Shown here one piece after another: positions 46,975 to 54,053 of a stretch of DNA of 64,000 nt. Made by a program: the position numbers and the translations under genes. Numbering within the stretch: position 1 is the first letter of the stretch; each line of letters begins with the position of its first letter. The notes below the pieces were generated by a model. The model was not told the DNA's origin and made no database searches. It saw only the letters and a list, made by a program, of their open reading frames with translations. The stretch comes from Planctomycetota bacterium. GTDB taxonomy: Bacteria > Planctomycetota > B15-G4. The DNA lies in contig JBBQUR010000003.1 in the NCBI GenBank assembly GCA_038212275.1, forward strand, positions 32,001 through 96,000, written 5' to 3'.

Positions 46975-47885
46975 ACCTGTCCTGCTACACCGCCTGGGCG
47001 CCCGAGGACGGTCTCTGGTCGCCATGGGTGAAACCGATTCTCTTCGCGCAAATGCCGGACGTCGTGGCCCCGGCGGATGAGCTGCCCGATGAGTCGCCCG
47101 GTGCAATGCCCGGTGCAATGCCCGGCGCGGTGCCCGGCGCGGTGCCAGCCGCGGTGCCAGCCGCGGTGACTGGTACGCCGAGCACGATGCCGAGCGACGG
47201 ACAGCTCGCCGTTGCGAGCACGCCGCCTGCTCCGACGCCTGAAGCCGCGCTGCTCGGCGTGCCGGGCCTGCCGGCGATGTCCTTGCGTGAAGCTCTCGTG
47301 CTGGACCTCCCCGGCGAGGAGAGCATGGACCTCGCCTACGTGTTTGCGCGGCGCGGCTTCCGTCCCGTGCCGCTGTTCAACGGCACGAGCGGCCCGAAGC
47401 CCGTCGTGGACGTGCACCGCATCATGCGCGGCCTGCAGCGCGGTACCGTCGCGCTGCGGGCGCTGCCGCTGCGTCCCGACGCGCCGCCGGCCTTCCTCCT
47501 CGATGCGCTGCGCAACGGCAGCGCGCTCGCCGTGGCGCCCGGCCGCTACGACAATCGCTGGGTCGTGCTCCCGCAGGACATGCCCTCCGGCAGCTTCCTC
47601 GCGCGCCACGGCATCTCGCACGTCACGCTCGTGCGCCGCGGCGGCCTGCAACCCGCTCCGGACCTCGCACACATTCTGCTGCGCTGGCAGGAGGCCGGAC
47701 TTCGTCTCTCCGTCGTGGATCTGGACGGCCGCCTGGCTGCACACGAAGTGAAGGTGGCCCGGCCATCGCGGTTCCGCACGACCTGGTACGCCGCCATCAC
47801 GCTGCTCGGCCTGCGTCGCAACAACATGGGTGGCTTCGGCGCGCCGATCCCGGAGCAGGTCGCGCAGAGCGGCTGGTACGCATGA
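46968..47885 (+). CDS. Hypothetical protein
   Basis: Overlaps the ligase stop; globular-looking segments WSPWVKPILF, DLPG, GFRPVPLFN, PAFLLD, YDNRW...QDMPS, GGFG..IP. Confidence 0.75.
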   Translation: MVNLSCYTAWAPEDGLWSPWVKPILFAQMPDVVAPADELPDESPGAMPGAMPGAVPGAVPAAVPAAVTGTPSTMPSDGQLAVASTPPAPTPEAALLGVPGLPAMSLREALVLDLPGEESMDLAYVFARRGFRPVPLFNGTSGPKPVVDVHRIMRGLQRGTVALRALPLRPDAPPAFLLDALRNGSALAVAPGRYDNRWVVLPQDMPSGSFLARHGISHVTLVRRGGLQPAPDLAHILLRWQEAGLRLSVVDLDGRLAAHEVKVARPSRFRTTWYAAITLLGLRRNNMGGFGAPIPEQVAQSGWYA

Positions 47886-47905
47886 CTCGTGCGACAGCGC
47901 GCGTC

Positions 47906-47955
47906 GGCACGGCGCACCGCGCACCGCGCACGGCGCACGGCGCACGGCGCACGGC
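47906..47955. repeat. 7-bp tandem repeat GCAC(G/C)GC x7 between convergent genes
   Basis: gcacggc gcaccgc gcaccgc gcacggc gcacggc gcacggc gcacggc. Confidence 0.85.
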
Positions 47956-47968
47956 GGCGCGTTGGTGA

Positions 47969-48181
47969 CTAGCCGCCCGGCGCGGGCCAGTTGCGGCGCC
48001 CGAGTTCGGCCGCGAAGGCGCAGGCTGCCCGCAAGTCCTCGCGCGTGAGCTCGGGGAAGTCCGTGAGCAGTTCGTCGGTGCTCAGCCCCGCGGCGAGCTG
48101 GTCGAGCACCTCGAAGATGGTGAGTGGCAGTCCGCGGATGCAGGGCTGCCCCTCACGGGTGCCCGGTTGAACGGTGATCAT
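47969..48181 (-). CDS. DUF433-family protein
   Basis: GAGGAG plus ATG 48181; ITV.P....GQPCIRG......VL..LA.G.S.DELL.DFPELTREDLRA...FAA. Confidence 0.88.
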   Translation of the reverse strand: MITVQPGTREGQPCIRGLPLTIFEVLDQLAAGLSTDELLTDFPELTREDLRAACAFAAELGRRNWPAPGG

Positions 48182-48522
48182 GCAAGTGACTCCTCGATGC
48201 GGTGGGCGGCGCAGTGCGCTGCGGCTTGCGCCGTGGCGTCGGCACGTTGTGGTCGACGGCTCGAGGTCGCCGGCGTTACGGACGTTGTCGCCGGCCAGCG
48301 GCGTGTGGCGCCCGTGAGCAAAGACCGGCACCGCAGGCGTGCGAGGCCGTCGCGCCGCGGATAGGCTGCAGGCCGCGGGGCAGCTCCGCACGAGACACCC
48401 GTCGGCGGCGCCGCCGCGACGGCGCGGCACACGCACAGCGCAGACTTGACGGAGCAGCGGACATGGACGGCCGTTCGGGCATGCGGCAGCCGGGCGTGGT
48501 CACTCGCGCGAGCGCCGCGCCC

Positions 48523-49650
48523 GTGAGCGCCACGTCGGAGGTGCTGCGCTCGCTGCCGAAGCTGGACCTGCACTGCCACGTCGATGGGGCGGCGCGGCCC
48601 GGCACGCTGCTCGATCTGGCACGCAGCGCCGGCATCGCGCTGCCGGCGCGCAGCGTCGAGGAGCTGCTGCCGCACGTGCGCGTCGCGCCGGGCAGCCGCT
48701 CGCTGGACGACTTCCTCGCGACCTTCGAGGCCTTCTATCCGGTGCTGCGCACGCCCGGTGCGATGGGGCGGCTGGCCCAGGAACTCGTGGAGGACGCGGC
48801 GGCTGACGGCGTGATCCACCTCGAAGCGCGCTTCTGCCCTGCACTTCAGGCGCACGGTCCGGACCCGGACGCGCGGACTGGACAGCGCGGTGTGGCCGGC
48901 GGTGGCCGCGCCGAGGCATCCGAGCGAGCCGACGCACGGGCCGGGACTGACGCCGCGCGTCGCCGCGCCGAGGATGTGCTGCGCGAGACGCTCGCCGGGC
49001 TTGCCGCCGGCGCGCACACCACGGGCCTGAGCGTCGGCGCCATCGTGTGCTGCTACCGCGGCCTGGGCCTCGCGCAGAACGAGGATCTGGTGCGCCTGGC
49101 GCTCGCGTACGCGGATCGCGGCGTCGTCGGCGTGGATCTCGCGGGACCGGAGCGCTTCTCGGGCGCGCATCTCGCGCCGCTGTTCCGGCGCGTGGCGGAC
49201 GCGGGCCTGCCCATCACGGTGCACGCCGGCGAAGCGGCGGGCCCCGAGTCGGTGCGCGAGGCGCTCGACCTGCTGCACGCGCGCCGCATCGGGCACGGCG
49301 TGGCGGTGGCGCGGGACGCGGAGCTGCAGCGCCGCGTCGCGGACGCAGGCATCGCGCTCGAGTGCTGCCTCACCAGCAATCTGCAGACGGGAGCCGTGCC
49401 GTCGCTCGCAGTCCATCCCTTCGACGCACTGCGCCGCGCGGGCGTCGCGGTCACGCTGAACACCGACGACCCGTCAGTGTGCGGCACCACGCTCTCCGCG
49501 GAGCTGGCGCTGGCGCAGCGCACCTGGGGCGACGATCCCGCCGCGCTTGCCGCGCTGCAGCACGCCTCGGCCGACGCGGCCTTCGTGGAGCCGTCGCGCC
49601 GCGCCGCGCTGCATGCGGCCATCGCCGCGTGGACCGAGGCATCCGGGTGA
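48523..49650 (+). CDS. add: Adenosine deaminase
   Basis: LPKLDLHCHVDG, E.RF.P, GVDLAGPE, TVHAGE, RIGHG, ECCLTSN, NTDDP. Start uncertain. Confidence 0.9.
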   Translation: MSATSEVLRSLPKLDLHCHVDGAARPGTLLDLARSAGIALPARSVEELLPHVRVAPGSRSLDDFLATFEAFYPVLRTPGAMGRLAQELVEDAAADGVIHLEARFCPALQAHGPDPDARTGQRGVAGGGRAEASERADARAGTDAARRRAEDVLRETLAGLAAGAHTTGLSVGAIVCCYRGLGLAQNEDLVRLALAYADRGVVGVDLAGPERFSGAHLAPLFRRVADAGLPITVHAGEAAGPESVREALDLLHARRIGHGVAVARDAELQRRVADAGIALECCLTSNLQTGAVPSLAVHPFDALRRAGVAVTLNTDDPSVCGTTLSAELALAQRTWGDDPAALAALQHASADAAFVEPSRRAALHAAIAAWTEASG

Positions 49651-49660
49651 TGCGGTGATC

Positions 49661-49709
49661 CGATGCACCGATGCGCCGATGCACCGATGCGCTGATGCGC
49701 TGATGCGCC
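49661..49709. repeat. 8-bp tandem repeat (C/T)GATGC(A/G)C x6
   Basis: cgatgcac cgatgcgc cgatgcac cgatgcgc tgatgcgc tgatgcgc, just after the add stop. Confidence 0.85.
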
Positions 49710-49783
49710 GCTTGCCGTAAGGCGTCGGCAGGGCTCGATGTTAAGGTAGGCGTCGCGAAGACCCAAGATTCAAGGAGCCCGTC

Positions 49784-50062
49784 ATGGAACTCTCGGATGT
49801 CCTCATCATCCTGCTGGTCGCAGGCGTCTGCGGCGCGATCGGGCAATCGATCGCCGGCTTTTCGCGCGGCGGCTGCCTGGTCTCCATCGCGCTGGGCTTC
49901 ATCGGCTCGATGCTCGGCGTCTGGATCGCGCGCTCGATGGATCTGCCCGTGCTCTTCGCGCTCGACATCGGCGGCAAGTCCTTCCCGATCGTGTGGTCGA
50001 TCATGGGCGCGGCCCTCTTCGTGGCCGTGCTCGGCCTGGTGTCGGGTCGCAAGAAGGACTGA
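49784..50062 (+). CDS. GlsB/YeaQ/YmgE (transglycosylase-associated) small membrane protein
   Basis: AAGGAG RBS; three TM helices; GG...SI.LG.IG...G and SI.GA.L motifs. Confidence 0.85.
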   Translation: MELSDVLIILLVAGVCGAIGQSIAGFSRGGCLVSIALGFIGSMLGVWIARSMDLPVLFALDIGGKSFPIVWSIMGAALFVAVLGLVSGRKKD

Positions 50063-50179
50063 GCGGCAATCCGACATGGCTTCGGCGCTTCGGCGCTTCC
50101 GCGCCTCGTTTCGTCGGTGGTCCGATGCGCCGTCGAGACCCGGCTGTCCGCGGTTGCCGCAGGCCGTTAGCATCGCGCC

Positions 50180-50524
50180 ATGAACCAGCCGAGCCTCTAT
50201 GTCGATGGCGCGCGCCTGCCGTGGCGCGACACGCCCTGCGCCGGCGTCGCGTGGAAGAAGCTGCACTTCGACGCCGCGAGCGGTCGCTCCGCCGTGCTGC
50301 TGCGCTTTGCGCCCGGCGCGCGCTACGACAGCCACCGGCATCCGCGCGGTGAGGAATACCTCGTGCTGGAAGGCAGCCTGCAGGACGGGGGCAGGAGTTG
50401 GGGTGCGGGCAGCTGGGTCTGTCATGCGCCGGGCTCCGTGCATGCACCCTCCAGCATCGACGGCTGCGTCGTCTTCGTCTCGCTGAGTGCGCCGATCGAG
50501 ATCGTGGGGCCGTCGGCCTCGTGA
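50180..50524 (+). CDS. ChrR-like cupin protein
   Basis: W.....GV..K.L, LLRF.PG.....H.H...EE..VLEG, G.W...P.GS.H.P....GC. Confidence 0.85.
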   Translation: MNQPSLYVDGARLPWRDTPCAGVAWKKLHFDAASGRSAVLLRFAPGARYDSHRHPRGEEYLVLEGSLQDGGRSWGAGSWVCHAPGSVHAPSSIDGCVVFVSLSAPIEIVGPSAS

Positions 50525-50600
50525 GCGCTGTGCTCGCCGTGCTCGCCGTGAACGCCGTGAACGCCGTGAGCGATGTGAGCGATGTGAGCGATGTGAACGC
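50521..50600. repeat. 9-bp tandem repeat family GTG(AGC/CTC/AAC)G(CC/AT) x~9
   Basis: gtgctcgcc x2, gtgaacgcc x2, gtgagcgat x3, between the cupin and acyl-CoA synthetase genes. Confidence 0.8.
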
Positions 50601-50621
50601 GGCGGGGACGAAGGGCGTGCG

Positions 50622-52424
50622 ATGACGGAGCACTTCAACTTCGCGCGCGACGTCTTCGATGCGCACGCCGCCACCGACCCGTCGCGCCTCGCGCTGCTCT
50701 GGGTGAACGACGCAGGCGCCGAGGTGCGGCACTCCTTCGGCGAGTTGTCGGAGCGCAGCCGGCGACTGGCGCACGCTCTGCTTGCCCGCGGGCTGCGACC
50801 CGGACAGTCCGTACTGCTGCTGCTGCCGCGGCGCGTGGAGTGGTGGGAGGCGCTTCTGGCCTGCCTGCGCGCGGGCCTCGTCGCCAGCCCGGCCACGACC
50901 CAGCTGACCGAGCGCGACCTGGCGTCGCGACTCGCGGCTGCGGAGATCGCGGCCGTGCTCACCGACGCCGACCTCGCGCCGCGCGTGGATGCCGCGCTGG
51001 CGCTCTCTGGTCGGCACGTCACCCTCAAACTGGTGACGGACGGCGACGCGTCCTCCGCGGCGGACATCCTCGCCCGCGATCGCTCGGCCCCTGCAGCAGC
51101 AGGCACCGCCTTCTCGCCCGCTGCGCATGCCGCGCCCGTCGCGCCCGCTGCGCCCGCTGCGCCCGTCGCGCCCGTCGCGCCCGCTGCGCCCGCTGCGCAT
51201 GCCGCGCATGCCGCGCACGTCGCCGCTGCGACCGGTGCCGCGCCCGCCGCGCCCGCCGGGGGCGTGGCGTGGACGTCGTGGGCAGCCATCGGCGCCGACG
51301 ATGCGCCTCGCGAATGGGTCGCCACCGACACGCGCGCCGAGGATCCCGCGCTGCTCTTCTTCACGTCGGGCACGACCGGCGCACCGAAGATGGCGCTGCA
51401 CACGCAGGAGAGTTACGGCCGCGGCCATCGCATCACGGGCGAGCTCTGGCTGGGCCTGAACGTCACGGATCTGCACTGGAATCTCTCCGACACCGGCTGG
51501 GCCAAGGCCGCGTGGAGCAGCTTCTTCGGGCCGTGGATCTGCGGCGCAGCGCTCTTCGTGCACCACACGCCGCGCTTTTCGCCGCGCGCGACGCTGGAGC
51601 TGCTGTCGCGCCATCCGATCACGACGCTCTGCGGCGCGCCGACGAACTTCCGGCTGCTCATCCGCGAGGACCTCTCCGCGTTCCGCTTTCCGCACCTGCG
51701 CTCGTGCACCGCCGCGGGCGAACCGATCAATCCCGAGGTGCTCGCCGTGTGGGAAGCTGCGACGGGCGTGCCGATCCGCGACGGCTACGGCCAGACCGAA
51801 ACCGTGCTGTGCATCGGCAACCTGCCGGGCGAGGTGCTGCGCCCCGGCTCGATGGGCCGGCCCGCGCCAGGCTGGGAGATCGAGATCCTGGACGAGCACG
51901 ACGCGCCCGTGCCGCCCGGCGTCGAGGGCGAGATCGCCGTGCGCTGCAGGCCGCGCCGGCCGCTCGGTCTGTTCGCCGGCTACTGGCGCGACGCGGCGCG
52001 CACCGAGGCCGCCTTCCGCGGCGACTTCTACTGCACCGGCGACCGCGCGCGGCGCGACGAGGACGGCTACGTCTGGTTCGTCGGCCGCGCGGACGACGTG
52101 ATCAAGAGCAGCGGCTATCGCATCGGCCCCTTCGAGGTGGAGAGCGTGCTGCTCGAGCACCCGGATGTCGTGGAGTCCGCGGTGGTGGGCGTCCCCGACG
52201 CGCTGCGCGGCCAGCTCGTGAAGGCCTTCGTGGTGCTTTCTCCGGAGGCCGCGGCGCGCGTGGCTGCACGGCCGGACGCGCGCGGGGCGCTCGTCGCGGA
52301 ACTGCAGCGCTTCGTGCAGGAGCGCACGGCGCCCTACAAATATCCGCGCGAGATCGACTTCGTCGCGGAGCTGCCCAAGACCGTGAGCGGCAAGATCCGC
52401 CGCGTGGAGCTGCGCGGGGGCTGA
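50622..52424 (+). CDS. Acyl-CoA synthetase (medium-chain/ACSM-like)
   Basis: FNFA.DV.D, FTSGTTG.PKM..H, SDTGWAKAAW, AGEP.NPE, YGQTET, GSMG.P.PG, GR.DDVIKSSGYRIGPFEVES, PYKYPR, LPKT.SGKI.R. Confidence 0.93.
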   Translation: MTEHFNFARDVFDAHAATDPSRLALLWVNDAGAEVRHSFGELSERSRRLAHALLARGLRPGQSVLLLLPRRVEWWEALLACLRAGLVASPATTQLTERDLASRLAAAEIAAVLTDADLAPRVDAALALSGRHVTLKLVTDGDASSAADILARDRSAPAAAGTAFSPAAHAAPVAPAAPAAPVAPVAPAAPAAHAAHAAHVAAATGAAPAAPAGGVAWTSWAAIGADDAPREWVATDTRAEDPALLFFTSGTTGAPKMALHTQESYGRGHRITGELWLGLNVTDLHWNLSDTGWAKAAWSSFFGPWICGAALFVHHTPRFSPRATLELLSRHPITTLCGAPTNFRLLIREDLSAFRFPHLRSCTAAGEPINPEVLAVWEAATGVPIRDGYGQTETVLCIGNLPGEVLRPGSMGRPAPGWEIEILDEHDAPVPPGVEGEIAVRCRPRRPLGLFAGYWRDAARTEAAFRGDFYCTGDRARRDEDGYVWFVGRADDVIKSSGYRIGPFEVESVLLEHPDVVESAVVGVPDALRGQLVKAFVVLSPEAAARVAARPDARGALVAELQRFVQERTAPYKYPREIDFVAELPKTVSGKIRRVELRGG

Positions 52425-52436
52425 CTCGTCCGTCCC

Positions 52437-53087
52437 TCAGAAGGCGCCGCGCACGGACCACCACAGGTCCACGTAGACGTTGCCCCACCAGTGGGTGCGC
52501 AGGAACTCGGCCGGGAACTCCGGGTTGCCGATGTAGGGCCGCAGCACGTAGGCGAACTGCGCCGCCACGAAGAAGTAGAGCGTCGGCCACGCGAGCAGCG
52601 CGATGCGGTGCCGCGGGTTGGACGCGATGAGCGGGCGGTAGTGCCGGGTCAGCGTCTGCTGAGCGCCGAGGAGCGCCAGCGCGAACATCGCCGCGTTGGC
52701 CAGCTTGGCCATGTGGTAGTTGCTGGTCGTGGCGTAGCAGAGCGCCGTGATGGGCGAGAGCGAGGCGAGGCACACCGCAAAGGTGGCCTGCGCGGAGAGG
52801 ATGCCGCGGAAGGCCGCGCGGAAGTCGTCGCCGAGACCGAGCACGAGGTTCACGACGTAGAAGTTGGGCAGGCACACGAGCGAGGCGATGACGACGAGCA
52901 GCGGCACCTTCGCGGCGGAGGTCGCCGACTGCGCAGGCAGGCCGCCGTAGCTGCCCATGACCGCGCCGTACAGGGCGCCCGCAAGAAGCAGGATGACCGC
53001 GAGCCGCCACCACGGCACGGAGCGGCCTCCGACTCCGTGCAGCCCCTTGCCGCGCAGCAGGCCGTCGATGTCCAGCGAGGGCCGCAA
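52437..53087 (-). CDS. Membrane protein (Yip1-like topology), paralog of the upstream gene
   Basis: YGA.MG.Y, AAKVPLL...LVCLPNFYV, QFAYVLRPYIGNP, N.Y. Confidence 0.75.
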   Translation of the reverse strand: MRPSLDIDGLLRGKGLHGVGGRSVPWWRLAVILLLAGALYGAVMGSYGGLPAQSATSAAKVPLLVVIASLVCLPNFYVVNLVLGLGDDFRAAFRGILSAQATFAVCLASLSPITALCYATTSNYHMAKLANAAMFALALLGAQQTLTRHYRPLIASNPRHRIALLAWPTLYFFVAAQFAYVLRPYIGNPEFPAEFLRTHWWGNVYVDLWWSVRGAF

Positions 53088-53088
53088 C

Positions 53089-53835
53089 TCAGCGCCAGTG
53101 GTCGCCCATCGAGTTCAGGATGAACTCGAAGAAGTTGGACCAGCGCGGCCGGAGGAGCGCGAAGGGCAGCTGAGGATTGCCGATGAAGGGCCGCAGGATC
53201 CAGGCCATCTGCGCGCCGACCGCGCCGAAGATCAGCAGCCAGACGCGCACGATGCGCCGGGCGCGTCCGCTCTCCTCGGCGGCGGCGCGGCGTTCGTCGG
53301 CGCTCGCATGCTCGTCGATGGCGCCGGCCGCGCCGCCCGGAAAGACCGCGTTGATCGCGCGGTTGAGGAAGGCCAGACCGACCATGCCCGCGATGCCGCA
53401 GAAGATCACGTTGAGCAGCACCATGAAGCCGTGGCTGTCGGTGGAGAGCGTGAAGAAGGCGGTGATCGGCCCGAAGCTGGCGAGCACGCCGAGCATCACC
53501 GCGATGGCCGCCACCAGGAGGCGCAGCATCTGCTTCATCCCGAGGCGCGAGTTGGCCAGCGCCGCGAAGACGTAGAGCGACGGAAAGGTGACCAGCAGCG
53601 TGAGCAGGAAGAGCAGCGGCACCTTGGCCGCCGTGGCCGCGACGGCCCAGCCGGTGTGTTCGCGCCCGCCCATCGCGGAGTAGAGGCCCATGCACGCGCC
53701 GTAGACGCCGCCGAGCACGACGGCCGCAAGGATGAGCTTGCGCGCCGGCATCTCGACGCGCCCGCCCTGCAGCTCGTCCTTCTTCGTGAACTCGCCGCGC
53801 AGCAGGCGGTCGAGGTTGGAAAACCACTGGCTCAT
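53089..53835 (-). CDS. Membrane protein (Yip1-like topology)
   Basis: ATG 53835; YGA.MG.Y, AAKVPLL...LVTFPSLYV, QMAWILRPFIGNP, SNFF. Confidence 0.78.
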   Translation of the reverse strand: MSQWFSNLDRLLRGEFTKKDELQGGRVEMPARKLILAAVVLGGVYGACMGLYSAMGGREHTGWAVAATAAKVPLLFLLTLLVTFPSLYVFAALANSRLGMKQMLRLLVAAIAVMLGVLASFGPITAFFTLSTDSHGFMVLLNVIFCGIAGMVGLAFLNRAINAVFPGGAAGAIDEHASADERRAAAEESGRARRIVRVWLLIFGAVGAQMAWILRPFIGNPQLPFALLRPRWSNFFEFILNSMGDHWR

Positions 53836-54053
53836 GCGCTGCTCTCGCAGTGAGGACACGACGACACGTCGACACGACGACACGTCGACACCTGGCTGCG
53901 AGCTGGCCGCAGGCGCAGGGGCGATCGTGAAGCGGGACACGCCGCTCCGAACCCTCATGCGCCGAAGGCCGCCCGGACCGGACAGGAAAATCCGCGGGCA
54001 GCGCGTCTCAGGGCTCGGCGCGCCGGCAGCGCGAGCGCGCCGAGCCGTGTGTG

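Noticed and set aside
44896..47885. 692-aa and 496-aa ORF-track versions of the ligase and the downstream gene
   Set aside because: The N-terminal extensions are off-frame readings of the upstream genes; overlapping starts at 45637 and 46968 fit better.
25781..53891. Short repeat arrays as CRISPR
   Set aside because: Units are 7-16 bp, contiguous, without unique spacers, and no cas genes are present.
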